NCBI GenBank assembly: GCA_046290225.1
Contig: JBKAGE010000078.1
Coordinates: 416,001 to 480,000, forward strand
Reading direction: 5' to 3'
Source of the DNA: Bradymonadia bacterium
Lineage (GTDB): Bacteria; Myxococcota_A; Bradymonadia; UBA7976; UBA1532
Length of the DNA stretch: 64,000 nucleotides
Both the position numbers and the translations under genes were made by a program. Numbering within the stretch: position 1 is the first letter of the stretch; every line of letters begins with the position of its first letter. The notes under the pieces were generated by a model. The model had not been told where the DNA came from, did no database searches, and was given only the letters and a program-made list of their open reading frames with translations. Below, one piece after another: positions 51,712-64,000 of this stretch.

Positions 51712-52445
51712 CAGCGCCCAGGGACGGGGGGGTTGTCTTTGAACTGGTAGTAGGCGTTGAGCACGGCCCGCACATACTTGGCGGTCTGCTCATAGGGGAT
51801 CTTGGGGGTGCTGTTGCGCCCGACCGCGCCTCCACCGGCGTGGTAGCCGGAGAGGGTGAGCACCAGATCGCCGTCAAACTGGTTGGCGAGGATGCGCAGA
51901 TAGCGGGCGCCACCGAGGATGTTCTGTTGGGGATCGAAGGCGTCGGTGACCCCCATGTCACCGGCGGTCCCGGGCATGAGCTGCATGAGGCCCTGGGCCC
52001 CCTTGTTGCTCACTGCCCGCGGGTTGAAGCCGCTCTCGATCTTCATCACCGCCCAGATGAGCGCCTCGGGCAGCTGATAGTGCTCGGCGGCCTGCTGCAC
52101 CATGGGGACGAAGCTGGCAGGCACCATCACCTTGCCGCCCTTGGAGCGTGCACGCCGCTTGCCCTTGACCTTCGGTCGCTTGCTCGCGGTCGGCCGCGCC
52201 TCACCTTCGCCCTTGATGTGGTTGAGGATCTTCCCACGCTTGGGCTTGTACGAGGTGATGCGCACGACGCCTTTGTGCTCGCTGGTGTAAACGTCGGCCT
52301 CGGCAGTGCCGGGCCACACGAGCCCAGTACAGATCAACCCAGTGCAGAGCAGTCCAGCGCATGACACAGAAGACACGCTCACCCACGCCCGCATACGCGC
52401 GCGGGTCAGAAAAAACGGTGAAGGGGGGCTGTACATCTTCATCAC
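51711..52445 (-). CDS. Lytic transglycosylase (SLT domain)
   Basis: AVMKIESGFNPRAVS.KGAQGLMQLMP, NILGGARYL; TGATG-coupled to pgsA; the start may be ATG 52394. Confidence 0.9.
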   Translation of the reverse strand: MMKMYSPPSPFFLTRARMRAWVSVSSVSCAGLLCTGLICTGLVWPGTAEADVYTSEHKGVVRITSYKPKRGKILNHIKGEGEARPTASKRPKVKGKRRARSKGGKVMVPASFVPMVQQAAEHYQLPEALIWAVMKIESGFNPRAVSNKGAQGLMQLMPGTAGDMGVTDAFDPQQNILGGARYLRILANQFDGDLVLTLSGYHAGGGAVGRNSTPKIPYEQTAKYVRAVLNAYYQFKDNPPVPGR

Positions 52446-52599
52446 GCCTCACGTTCTACCACAAACCATCCCAAAAGACGCCAACTGCGCCACAGCGAGA
52501 CGGGCAGTGACCTCGCCTCAAAAACGGCGGGGGTCTTCAACAACCTGAACGAGAGAAGGCCCTGAAGGATTCCAGGGAAAGGTGAGCGAAGGCTGTGAC

Positions 52600-54474
52600 T
52601 CAGGGACAGCCGGCAGCGGCGCCGCAGTCAGCGTCGGCACAGTCGACGTCACCATCGCCGTCGTTGTCGATGCCGTCGAGGCAGAAACCCGCCTCGGACA
52701 TCAGGCGGCCATCACGGCCACAGGCGCCGATGTAGGGGTTGCGCTGGCATGCGAAGTCGTCGCAGTCGGCGAAGCCGTTCTCATCGTTGTCGATGCCATC
52801 GGTGCAGGTCTCGAAGGTACCCTCAGCCTGCTCGCCACAGACAGTGACGAAGGGGTTGTACTGGCAGGAGAAGTCGTCGCAGTCGGCGAAGTTGTTGCCG
52901 TCGTTGCTCACCATGTCGCTGCAGGTCTCGTCGGAGTTCTCGCGATCACCGGGGCAGCCCACTGCGGGGTTGTACTGGCACTTGAAGTCGTCACAGTCGA
53001 CGAAGCCGTCGCCGTCATCATCGACACCGTTGCTGCACATGCCGGGGCTGGACTCGTGCTCGGCGTCGATCACCGGGGGCATGCCGCCACCGGCGCCGCC
53101 CATGCCACCGCCAGCACCGCCCATGCCGCCACCGGCGCCGCCCATACCACCGCCGGCGCCGCCAGCGTTGCCGTCACACGCCGCAGCAGCGTTGCAGTCG
53201 CTGTCGTTGCAGTCGGTGTTGCCGTCGCCGTCGTTGTCCACGCCGTCGAGGCAGAAGCCACCCTCGGAGGTCAGATCGCCGTCGCGGCCACAAGCGCCCA
53301 CGTAAGGGTTGCGCTGGCAGGCGAAGTCATCACAGTCGGCGAAGCCGTTCTCATCGTTGTCGATGCCGTCGGTGCAGGTCTCGAAGGTACCCTCGGCCTG
53401 ACCACCGCAGACGGTGACAAAGGGGTTGTAGCGGCAGGTGAAGTCATCGCAGTCGGCAAAGTCGTTGCCGTCGTTGCTCACCATGTCGCTGCAGGTCTCG
53501 TCGGAGTTCTCGCGATCACCGGGGCAACCCACTGCGGGGTTGTACTGGCACTTGAAGTCTTCGCAGTCAGCGAAGCCGTCGCCATCGTCGTCCACACCGT
53601 TCACGCACAGCTCAGGGGTGGCCTCGTAGTTGCTGGCGGAGAAGGGCCCACCGCCACCGCCGCCACCAGCGCCGCCACCGGCACCGCCGCCGCCACCACC
53701 CGCACCGCCGCCACCGCCGCCACAGGCCGCAGCGCCACTGCAGTCGCTGTCGTCACAGTCGGTGCTGCCGTCGCCGTCGTTGTCCACGCCGTCGAGGCAG
53801 TAGCCGCCCTCGGAGCTGATGGCACCATCACGGCCACAGGCACCGATGTAGGGGTTGCGCTGGCAGCTGAAGTCGTCGCAGTCGGCGAAGCCGTTCTCGT
53901 CGTTGTCCACACCGTCGGTGCAGGCGGCGAAAGTGCTCTCGCCCGCCTCGCCACAGACGGTGACGAAGGGGTTGTACTGACAGGAGAAGTCATCGCAGTC
54001 GGCGAAGTCGTTGCCGTCGTTGCTCACCCCGTCGCTGCAGAGCATGTCGGAGTTCTCGCCGGCGTCGGGGCAGCCCACTGCGGGGTTGTACTGACACTTG
54101 AAGTCGGCGCAGTCGGCGAAGCCATCGCCGTCATCATCAACACCGTTGCTGCACAGGGCCGCGGTAGCCTCGTACCCGTTGGGGTTGAACCCGTTGGGGC
54201 CAGCGCCACCGGCGCCGCCAGCGCCACCGCCCGCGCCACCACCAGCACCCCCTGCGACACCGCCAGCGCCGGCAGCGCCGCCGCACGCAGCGGTCCCGGC
54301 ACAGTCGGGATCCGAGCAATCGAAGAAGCCGTCACCGTCGTTGTCGGTGTCGTCGTCGCAGATCTGCTCCCGGGTGTCCTCACCGCTGTCGTCTTCTGCG
54401 CACCCGCCCATGGCGGCGGTGATGCCTGCTGCCGCGAGCAGGGCGATGCTGAACTGCATAGGCCGAAACTTCAT
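52600..54474 (-). CDS. Lipoprotein with 13 CxxGxxNDGDGxxDCxDxxC-type Cys/Asp repeats and Gly-rich linkers
   Basis: RBS GGAGGAG, ATG 54474, lipobox-like AMGG|C; one single unit plus three blocks of four units. Confidence 0.85.
   Translation of the reverse strand: MKFRPMQFSIALLAAAGITAAMGGCAEDDSGEDTREQICDDDTDNDGDGFFDCSDPDCAGTAACGGAAGAGGVAGGAGGGAGGGAGGAGGAGPNGFNPNGYEATAALCSNGVDDDGDGFADCADFKCQYNPAVGCPDAGENSDMLCSDGVSNDGNDFADCDDFSCQYNPFVTVCGEAGESTFAACTDGVDNDENGFADCDDFSCQRNPYIGACGRDGAISSEGGYCLDGVDNDGDGSTDCDDSDCSGAAACGGGGGGAGGGGGGAGGGAGGGGGGGPFSASNYEATPELCVNGVDDDGDGFADCEDFKCQYNPAVGCPGDRENSDETCSDMVSNDGNDFADCDDFTCRYNPFVTVCGGQAEGTFETCTDGIDNDENGFADCDDFACQRNPYVGACGRDGDLTSEGGFCLDGVDNDGDGNTDCNDSDCNAAAACDGNAGGAGGGMGGAGGGMGGAGGGMGGAGGGMPPVIDAEHESSPGMCSNGVDDDGDGFVDCDDFKCQYNPAVGCPGDRENSDETCSDMVSNDGNNFADCDDFSCQYNPFVTVCGEQAEGTFETCTDGIDNDENGFADCDDFACQRNPYIGACGRDGRLMSEAGFCLDGIDNDGDGDVDCADADCGAAAGCP
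52610..54170 (-). repeat. Three intragenic tandem super-repeats, period about 550-570 nt
   Basis: For example 52891-52989 and 53461-53559 are nearly identical at the DNA level. Confidence 0.85.
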
Positions 54475-54547
54475 GAGCGCTCCTCCAACTGTGACAGGAC
54501 CACCTCCGCTGGGTGACAACGAGGCGGCACGAACAGGTCCAGATACG

Positions 54548-54581
54548 AAAAAGCCCCCCCGAGGGGTGCTCGGGGGGGCTT
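54548..54581 (-). terminator. Rho-independent terminator after tRNA(CAT)
   Basis: AAGCCCCCCCGAG, 5-nt loop, CTCGGGGGGGCTT, with a T-run on the minus strand. Confidence 0.85.
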
Positions 54582-54588
54582 GTTTCAG

Positions 54589-54662
54589 TGGCTTCGCAGG
54601 GACTCGAACCCCGAACCTAGCGATTATGAGTCGCTCGCTCTAACCAGTTGAGCTACGAAGCC
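54589..54662 (-). tRNA. tRNA with CAT anticodon (elongator Met most likely; Ile2 not excluded); CCA not encoded
   Basis: Acceptor GGCTTCG/CGAAGCC with paired G1-C72 (so not initiator), anticodon arm AGCGA-CTCATAA-TCGCT, TTCGAGT loop. Confidence 0.93.
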
Positions 54663-54726
54663 GCCTCGATGCCTTCGATGGCAGCTGCCTGGGGGGTCAG
54701 ATTCCCTCTGACCTTGAGGCGGCGGA

Positions 54727-54756
54727 AACCTATCACTGCCCTGCTGACCACTGCAA
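54727..54756 (-). promoter_or_regulatory. Possible sigma70 promoter of tRNA(CAT)
   Basis: Minus strand TTGCAG-18 bp-TAGGTT with a TGn extended -10. Confidence 0.4.
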
Positions 54757-55112
54757 GATGTTTCTTTGCTCTTTTCTCAGAGCTCACATTCTCAGGGGGT
54801 TAGCTGGATCCCAAGGGTTCGAGCAGACGCTCCGTTCTGGACGTGAAGGCTTTGGAATCACATACAAAAGCAGCCATCGCCCACATTCTGCCCACACCTG
54901 AAGATCAGCGGAACCGAAACGATCACAGTGACTTGCGAAAAGTTTTCCACAGGTTTTTTTGGCGCATGAAGCAAACGCTCCTATATTACCGACATCACTC
55001 GGTTTTTGCCTCAAAAACCACTCAACAAGCGTTCAGTAGAACACGGTTCATCGGGTACGGCTCATGCCATGCTCTATGACCCCTTTTTGCCTCAGCGGGG
55101 ACTCTGAGAGAC

Positions 55113-56495
55113 ATGAAGCTGCGCATTCTCACACCTGGTTTGTTGCTCGTCCATGTGCTGGCCCTGCACGGTCTCGGCGCCTGGTTCAAGTGGGGCACGC
55201 CCGATGAAGAGGTCGAGGCAGCTTCTGGAATGACCGCAGCACCAGAGATCCATCAGAGTGGCTCGGGCCCCCTCGCCCACCCACCCGAGACGTCGCCCGG
55301 CATCGAGATGATGGCCTCCGAGGCCACGAGGGCTGCGGTGGAGACTCTGCCCGGTCACCTCGATCTCGACAGCTTCGTGACCGAAGATGGGGCGATGTTT
55401 GGCGATCTGGGCAACGGTTGGACCGCAGAGCTGACCCTGGATCCCGTGCTCCAGAAGCTGGCCACTCGCGGGCTCACTCGGGGGCGGGTACCCTTTGGCG
55501 CTGTGGTCCTCCTCGATCCTCGGACCGGCGACGTGCTGGCCATGGCTGATCGCGCGCTTGCGGGCAACCCCGCTGTACCGCCGGCATCTCCCGACGGGCC
55601 CTCTCACGTGGCGCTTCGTGCTGCGGCCCCGGCAGCGAGCATCTTCAAGATGATCACCGCCTCTGCGCTGCTCGACTCTGGCATGCGCCCGCACAAGCGC
55701 GTGTGCTTCAACTCTGCTCGGCGGACGCCGAAGGCTGTGCATCTCGAGGCACCCAAGGCGGGTGGCGAGTGCAGCAACATGTTCGACGCGCTGGCGAACA
55801 GCGAGAACGCCTTCTTCGCCCGGGCAGCGCATACACAGTTCAAAGATCCGCGGGGCCTGCGGGACACGGCCCATCGATTCGGGTTCAACAAGGTGCTGCC
55901 CTTTGAGGCCAAGACCGACGCCAGCGTGGCTCAGGTGCCCGACAACCCTCTGGAGCGCGCTCGGATGGCTGCGGGGTTCTGGCATGCCCGCCTGACACCT
56001 CTGCACGGTGCTCTGCTCGCGGCCACCATCGCCGAGGGTGGCTTGATGCCCACCCCGCGTCTGGTTGCTCGAGTGCGTACGCCTGGTGGTGAGGCCCTGG
56101 ACTCCCCCACCTCTGATCCGCTGGGTCGTCCTCTGAGCCCTCAGCACGCACGCTCGGTGGCCAAAATGATGAAGCGCACGATGACCCATGGCACGGGTCG
56201 CAAGGCCTTCACCGAGAAGTTGAAGATCTACAAGCACCTGCGTGGGGTGCAGATCGCGGGCAAGACCGGTACCCTCGACGAGCGGACCGAAGACCGCACC
56301 ACCCGCTACACGTGGTTCGTTGGGTATGCCCCTGCAGACAACCCGCAGGTGGCCATCGCGGTCCTGGTGGGGAACGGCGAGACCTGGTGGCAGAAGGCGA
56401 TCCACGTGGCCCGCTATGTCCTCGACGGCTACTTCAAGCACTACCCCAACGCCCGACCCCAGTCGGTGGCCACCACACCCAGCCGCCGCGGCTGA
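55113..56495 (+). CDS. Penicillin-binding protein, transpeptidase domain
   Basis: LTLDPVLQ, GAVVLLDPRTGDVLA, SxxK (SIFK), SxN (SEN), KTGT, WFVGYAP. Confidence 0.9.
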   Translation: MKLRILTPGLLLVHVLALHGLGAWFKWGTPDEEVEAASGMTAAPEIHQSGSGPLAHPPETSPGIEMMASEATRAAVETLPGHLDLDSFVTEDGAMFGDLGNGWTAELTLDPVLQKLATRGLTRGRVPFGAVVLLDPRTGDVLAMADRALAGNPAVPPASPDGPSHVALRAAAPAASIFKMITASALLDSGMRPHKRVCFNSARRTPKAVHLEAPKAGGECSNMFDALANSENAFFARAAHTQFKDPRGLRDTAHRFGFNKVLPFEAKTDASVAQVPDNPLERARMAAGFWHARLTPLHGALLAATIAEGGLMPTPRLVARVRTPGGEALDSPTSDPLGRPLSPQHARSVAKMMKRTMTHGTGRKAFTEKLKIYKHLRGVQIAGKTGTLDERTEDRTTRYTWFVGYAPADNPQVAIAVLVGNGETWWQKAIHVARYVLDGYFKHYPNARPQSVATTPSRRG

Positions 56496-56620
56496 GCGGT
56501 ACACGGGTCCGCGAACACCCCCCCTTCAGTACCCACCCTCCTCGCTCCGTTGCCCGTCCATGAGCAGGACCACACGCTGTGGCTCTGCAACTGAGACTTG
56601 CCGACCGGGAGAGGAGCGCG

Positions 56621-58132
56621 ATGCGCCCCGCACCCCCATCCTCCGTTGCCTCTGCCTTCTGGCTGGGCTTGCTGCTGCAGGCGGTGGTGTGGTGTGCCCC
56701 GGCACATGGGCAGATGAGCGGGCCCTTCGTCGATCAGGGCTTCACTGGGCGTTCAGCGGACAATGATCCGGATCTGATCGTGGTCCGGGAGCTCTACGAC
56801 TCGGCCACAGGTGTGCAGAGCATCTACCTGCGCGTGCACGACGGCGCGCCCGACTTTCTTCTCATGAGCGGCCGGCTGACCTTTCGAGGGGTAGAGGTCC
56901 TCGGGGTGATCACAGATGGTGACGCCCTGGAGAACCTCGACGCGCAGTGGGGTATCCCCGAGGGGCCCTATGCCGGTGAGCGCCGTGGTCTTGAGGGTGA
57001 AGATCCCCTCACCCATGTTCCTACCCCGGGTGATGTGCGAGATGCGGCTCGGATGGAGTCCGAGAGCTCGGTGCGCTTCTGGTTCGCCAACGCCGCCGAC
57101 GTGGACGATCTCCGCGTCCTCATCCGATACCCCGGCGAGCCCGGCTCTGCCGAGTTCGACGTGGTGCTCTTCGAGAATGACCTGTTCCCTGATCCAGATG
57201 GCTGGCCCGCGACGACGACCCCAGGCATCCAAGTGGGGCGCCTCGAAGACGCCACACCTGACGACGGCGACTACTCCGAGGTGCACCGTGTCAGGCGCAT
57301 CAAGCTCACCGTGGAGGATGTGGATCTCGTCGAGGACGAGGTCTTCATCGGCGCCCTGCCTGAGGGCTCGGGTGTCGCGGGACCCGCGACGATCACCGTG
57401 GACAATTACTCCAGCGGCCAGGATGTCGATCAGGACAACGGCTTCGACCAGAACGGTTTGATCTCGCCCATCCGCACGGCCGAGGGCCTCGACCACCTGG
57501 TCTGGCGTTTGGAGCCCATGATCTCTCGCGGTGGGGCGGTCCTCCCTGCTGAGCACATAACACTGGCTTCGGCCCCTTCCGCTCTGGGCCTTGGCGAGCG
57601 TGTAGAAGTGTCGATCACCGTGGACGTGCCCTCGGGCACGCCCGTCGGTCACTACGTGGGCCGGGTCGAGGTCTTCGAGGACAACAACGAAGATGGTGAG
57701 CCAGGCCTGGGAGAGCCCATCGATCAGGCGGAGATCTCTGTCACTGTGGGCACCCCGGTCGACATTGACGCCGGGCCCGACTTCGGACCGCCTGAAGATG
57801 GCGGCCCAGGCGGTCCAGGTGGCGCTGGGGGCATCGGCGGTGCTGGTGGTGGAGCAGCCGGTGGCAGTGGCTCCGGCGGGATCGGTGCTGGGGGTGTGGG
57901 CGGCTCTGGTGGCTCTGGAGGCCTCGGTGGTTTTGGCGGCTTCGGCGGTGGCGGCGATGGCGGGGTAACGCCCCGCAGGCCGGGGGGAGGCGCTGACGGA
58001 GATCTGGGCCGACCTCGAGGCGGGGCTCTCGGCTGCGCTTCGACCCCCTCCGGCGGGGTGCCGATCTTCACAATGCTGTCACTGCTCGCCCTGATGCCTT
58101 TCAGAAAGCGACTCTTCAGGAGGAGGGGCTGA
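56621..58132 (+). CDS. MYXO-CTERM-type sorted surface protein
   Basis: Start ATG 56621 after GAGGAG; signal peptide ending PAHG; Gly-rich linker; C-terminal GC, TM segment, RKRLFRRRG. Confidence 0.8.
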   Translation: MRPAPPSSVASAFWLGLLLQAVVWCAPAHGQMSGPFVDQGFTGRSADNDPDLIVVRELYDSATGVQSIYLRVHDGAPDFLLMSGRLTFRGVEVLGVITDGDALENLDAQWGIPEGPYAGERRGLEGEDPLTHVPTPGDVRDAARMESESSVRFWFANAADVDDLRVLIRYPGEPGSAEFDVVLFENDLFPDPDGWPATTTPGIQVGRLEDATPDDGDYSEVHRVRRIKLTVEDVDLVEDEVFIGALPEGSGVAGPATITVDNYSSGQDVDQDNGFDQNGLISPIRTAEGLDHLVWRLEPMISRGGAVLPAEHITLASAPSALGLGERVEVSITVDVPSGTPVGHYVGRVEVFEDNNEDGEPGLGEPIDQAEISVTVGTPVDIDAGPDFGPPEDGGPGGPGGAGGIGGAGGGAAGGSGSGGIGAGGVGGSGGSGGLGGFGGFGGGGDGGVTPRRPGGGADGDLGRPRGGALGCASTPSGGVPIFTMLSLLALMPFRKRLFRRRG

Positions 58133-59871
58133 TGAAGCACATCATCACCACGGCCCTCCTGCTCTGGGGGGCCCAGGCGACAGCTCAGGGCGCCAATACC
58201 CGCAGTTTCGTACCTCGGCCCTCAGGCTCGCCAACGCTCACCCTCGATGGCACCGCCCCCCTGGGATATGGCGGCCTGTCGGCGTCCCTGTGGACCGGCA
58301 TCGAGTCGCAACCGCTGATCTTCTATCGCGAGGGGGATCACACTGCGGACATCGTCACCGAGCGCACCACCCTCGACGCCGCCTTCGCCGTGGGGGTCGC
58401 CCAAGGGGTAGATCTGGGCCTCGTGGCCCCCATGGTGCTGATGCAGTCCGGACGGCAGCTGGACGATCCGAGCCCCATCGCCCGCTTCGCCTTTGGTGAT
58501 CCCCGGTTCGCCCTGAAGAGCCGGCTGCTCGACAAGCGGGTCATCAACCTCGGGCTGGCACTCACCCTCGCGGGCACCCTGCCCCTCGGTGACGCTGACG
58601 CCCTCACCGGTGAGCCCAACGCCACCGGCGAAGCTCTGCTGGCCTTCGAGGTGCCCCTCGGCCACCGACTCGATCTCCTGGTGAACACAGGCGCGCGCTT
58701 CAGAGAGCCCACCACCATCGACGAGCTGACGCTGCACCACGAGTGGCTCATGGGTTTCGGCGCCAGCTGGAGGGCCTTTCCGGGGCTGGCGGTCTCCGCA
58801 GAGGTGGTGGGACGTACGGATCTCGGCGCCCCCTTCGCCGAGGTGGAGACCTCCCCAGTGGACGTGAACGGCGCTGTGCGCATCTCGCTGTGGCACGGGC
58901 TCTCCCTCACAGTGGGTGGCGGTCTCGGGGTTCAGGCAGGCTACGGCGCCCCCGCCTGGCGGGGCATGGTGGGCATCGAAGCGGCCCCTCGACGACACGA
59001 CTTCGACGGCGACGCCCTCGCGGACGGCCTCGATCGCTGCATCACGGTGGTGGGCGTGCCAGAGCGAGACGGCTGTCCGGCACCAGTAGTCGAGGTGGAG
59101 ACCCCCACTGAGCCTGAGGCGCCCGTGATCGCGGATCGAGACGGCGATGGTCTCGAAGATGCCGTGGATGAGTGCCCCGAGATCGCCGAGGACGCTGACG
59201 GGTTTCGCGACACCGACGGCTGCCCGGACCCGGACAATGATCTCGACGGCATCGCTGACGTAGATGATGGCGCTCCACTGGCACCAGAAGACTTCGACGG
59301 CTTCGCTGACAACGATGGCGTGCCTGATCTCGACGATGACGATGATGGCGTGCTCGACGTGGTAGACGCGTGCCCCGAGGTGGCGGGGCCTGAGAATGGC
59401 TGCCCCGCACAGGTGCAAAGGCCCCGACGTGGGCCCGAGCCTGGAGGGCCTCTGCTGCTGGGCGACACGCTGCACCCCGCCTCCCCCATGCGCTTCGAGT
59501 TCGCCCGAGCCACCCTGCACGCCGCCTCTGCGGATCTGCTCGACGGCCTCGCAGATTTTCTCAACGCCCACCCCGACTGGGGCCCGGTGGAGGTGGGGGT
59601 TCACACCGACGCCCTGGGCAGCCAGTCGTGGAAGCGCGCGTTGTCGATCCAGCGGGCCGCGCAAGTACGGGCGGCCCTGGTGGCCCGTGGGGTGCCCGCA
59701 GCGCGACTCACGGCGAAGGGGTACGGCCCCTCGATCCCCGTGGCGAGCAACGAGACCCGCGAGGGCCGATATCGCAACCGCCGCGTGGAGCTGCGGTTCC
59801 TCCAACCTCCTCCGGTGAAGACCCGAGATGCCGCTGGCACCGGTCCCGTGGCCGTGGAGGATCACCGATGA
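58132..59871 (+). CDS. OmpA-family protein with N-terminal beta-barrel and TSP3 repeats (TraB-like architecture)
   Basis: Signal peptide, barrel strands ending APAWRGMVGIE, DxDGDG...DxCP and EDxDGFxDxDG repeats, HTD...LSIQRA...NRRVE. Confidence 0.88.
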   Translation: MKHIITTALLLWGAQATAQGANTRSFVPRPSGSPTLTLDGTAPLGYGGLSASLWTGIESQPLIFYREGDHTADIVTERTTLDAAFAVGVAQGVDLGLVAPMVLMQSGRQLDDPSPIARFAFGDPRFALKSRLLDKRVINLGLALTLAGTLPLGDADALTGEPNATGEALLAFEVPLGHRLDLLVNTGARFREPTTIDELTLHHEWLMGFGASWRAFPGLAVSAEVVGRTDLGAPFAEVETSPVDVNGAVRISLWHGLSLTVGGGLGVQAGYGAPAWRGMVGIEAAPRRHDFDGDALADGLDRCITVVGVPERDGCPAPVVEVETPTEPEAPVIADRDGDGLEDAVDECPEIAEDADGFRDTDGCPDPDNDLDGIADVDDGAPLAPEDFDGFADNDGVPDLDDDDDGVLDVVDACPEVAGPENGCPAQVQRPRRGPEPGGPLLLGDTLHPASPMRFEFARATLHAASADLLDGLADFLNAHPDWGPVEVGVHTDALGSQSWKRALSIQRAAQVRAALVARGVPAARLTAKGYGPSIPVASNETREGRYRNRRVELRFLQPPPVKTRDAAGTGPVAVEDHR

Positions 59872-61478
59872 GGGCTCTGCTGACGATGATTGCAGTGTGC
59901 TGGGCGATGCCCGCCGCCGGGCAAGGCCCGCCAAACGGGTTTCACATCCCTTTGGGAGAAGGGCCGCCCCCTAAGTCCGCCCCAGAGCCACCACAGACAG
60001 ATCCGCCACCCAAGGCCGCTCCGAAGGCTGGCCGGAAAGAGTCACCCAAGCAGGCAAAGCCAGAGAGAGCGGTGGCCACCCCCTCTGAGCAACCATCGGG
60101 CTCGACCCAGGCCGCCCCTGCCGCTCAGGTGGCCGATGAGGGTGTCTCTGATCGTCCGGTGCGTTCCCGCGCAGTGGAGCGTGTGCTTCGAAGGGCGCTG
60201 AAACAGAGTCGAGCCCGACGTCCACGGCCGGCCTCTCCCCGACGGGCGAAGCGATATGTCGACCGCTGGGCCAAAGCGAAGGCTGTGACCCCACTCGATG
60301 CCGCGAGCCGACGGGTGCAGATCCGCGGTGACGAGGTGGAGCTGCCTGATCGGGTGCTCTTCAATCACGACGCGGTCACCTTCGCCAAAGGCACACAGTC
60401 GGTCATGCAGGCCGCAGGTGATCTGCTCCAGGCCAGCCCGGAGGTCGAGCTGGTCCTCATCGAGGGCCACACAGATGCCACGGGCCCCGCCGACTACAAC
60501 CAGCGCCTGAGCGAGGCGAGAGCGAGCGCGGTCCGTGAGGCCCTGATTCGTCATGGCGTGGCACCAGAACGTCTGGTGGCCTACGGCTTTGGGGAGACCC
60601 GGCCGGCGCAGAGCAATCAACGCGCCTCCGGCCGTCAGCGCAATCGCAGGGTGGTGATCCGGCTCATCGAAGCTGATCGCAAAGCCCTCGATGCCCGTGC
60701 CCCTGTGGAATGGGGACATGGGGTGGTGGTGGCCGCCCGCGGGGAGGCTCGATGGCACTCTGGTGAGGCCGAGGCGGCGGAGATCACCCTGGGTACATCG
60801 CTTTCCGAGGGCTCCACGATCATCACCGGTGAAGGTGAGCTGACGCTTCGGCTGCCTGATCTGGGGGTCGTCACCCTGATGCCCCACACCGAGCTGACCC
60901 TCACCAAGATCTATGCCGACGCCGAGGGGCACACGCACTACACCGCCATCAAGCTGCTCCGTGGCCGCCTGCGGGGGCTGAGCAACCCTCGTGCCCTCGC
61001 CGACAGCCGCACCCTCGTAGCCCTGCCCGGTGGCTCTGTGGAGCTCAGTGAAGGCCGCTGGGACCTCTCGGTGAAAGGTCAGCAGCGATGGCTGCGCGTG
61101 GACGAGGGCACGATGCACGTGGCCCGCGGCGGGGCACAGTCCCTCACCCTCACCGACGGCGCCATGGTACGCCTCGATCTCGATGACGCAGCCCCTGAGG
61201 CGGTCCCGGCGCCGTGGGTGGTCGTGCGACCCGCCGACGACGCACCTCAGAAGGCACTCCAGTGGGTGATCCCCGAGGGGCATGTGGGGGCCAGCGAGGT
61301 GGAGATCGCCACCGACATCGGCTTTGGGGCGTGCATCGTGCGGGAGGTCGTCGACATCGACACGCTCCCGCTGGCGGGTTTGCCTCTGCAGGTGGGTCAG
61401 ACTGTGTACTGGCGGGTGGTGCCGGTCTTCGAGGACGGCCGCCGAGGTCGGCCCTCGGCCATCTACGCCATCACGCCT

Positions 61479-63473
<1,995 letters not shown>

Positions 63474-63487
63474 CCTCTCACCTCACT

Positions 63488-64000
63488 TCAGCGGCGACGA
63501 CGGCGCCGCTTCTTCTTTTTGCCGCCATTGATGCGATTGGCCAGGGTCAGCGCGGCCTCGGCGGCCCGGGCGCGGATCAGAGGCTCTTTGTCGGTCATGC
63601 CGGGGATCACGAGCTCCAGGGAGGCCTCGCTGCCGTAGTTGGCCAGGGCGCCGTAGGCCTCGGCCCGCACGGGCAGGTGCTTGCTCTCGAGCTGCTTGCG
63701 GTAGGTGGCCATGGACTCGCCCTTGCGCATATCTGCGAGGGCCTTGAAGGCGGCGGTGGCGGTGTCGGCGTGGGCACCGTTCACCAGGCCCAGCAGGCGC
63801 GTGGCCCCGGCGTTGCCCCGAGAGACCAGGCCGTCGACGGCGTAGACCCGCTGCTCGTCGCTCCCCTTCAGGGCGATGGCCTCGAAGACGGCGATGTCCA
63901 CCTTCTCGTCTTTGGCGAGGGTCTCAATGTGGCTGGGCTGCATCCAGCGCACGGCGCTGTTGAGGCTCTTCAAGGTGGTCTTGGGGTCGAGCTTGAGCAG
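63488..64000 (-). CDS. HEAT-repeat protein, C-terminal part; 5' end lies beyond the window
   Basis: Frame open to the window edge; VRAEAYGAL and DKEPLIRARAAEAAL repeats; basic tail KKKKRRRRRR. Confidence 0.7.
   Translation of the reverse strand: MLKLDPKTTLKSLNSAVRWMQPSHIETLAKDEKVDIAVFEAIALKGSDEQRVYAVDGLVSRGNAGATRLLGLVNGAHADTATAAFKALADMRKGESMATYRKQLESKHLPVRAEAYGALANYGSEASLELVIPGMTDKEPLIRARAAEAALTLANRINGGKKKKRRRRRR

Noticed and set aside
54943..54951. Replication origin
   Set aside because: Only one DnaA-box-like 9-mer and no dnaA/dnaN context.

Overview
High-GC chromosomal window from a probable Myxococcota/Bradymonadia-like deltaproteobacterium; this is inferred from a MYXO-CTERM tail, Cys/Asp-rich lipoproteins, an EpsY/X/V/Z-like export cluster and a TraB-like OmpA protein. 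Left part (1-18.3 kb): partial TPR protein, class IV aminotransferase, Cys-rich lipoprotein, HDOD protein, a small secreted protein behind a sigma54-like promoter and a c-di-GMP-I (GEMM-I)-type riboswitch whose C92-equivalent is U, a LonC-type protease, orphan clpX, LapB-like protein, rpsA, an OPX/beta-barrel/PCP/PHPT polysaccharide export cluster, an M23 peptidase and tRNA-Gly. Centre (18.3-49.4 kb): an accessory block with a divergent metzincin protease, a ~210-nt leader of six back-to-back hairpins and a 28.6-kb translationally coupled operon of four secreted proteins. These are a ~6,850-aa beta-helix/Ig/FN3 protein ending in a non-canonical Hint domain (QQ instead of HN), a 1,306-aa Ig/beta-propeller protein, a double rhodanese-fold protein lacking the catalytic Cys, and an Ig/TSP3 protein with a ~400-aa hexapeptide left-handed beta-helix. 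An XRE/coiled-coil regulator follows. Right part: nadB, pgsA, lytic transglycosylase, a 13-repeat Cys/Asp lipoprotein, tRNA(CAT), a PBP transpeptidase, a MYXO-CTERM + TraB-like + OmpA-FecR trio, an ABC-F ATPase and a partial HEAT protein. All calls come from reading motifs by eye; no database searches or folding programs were run.
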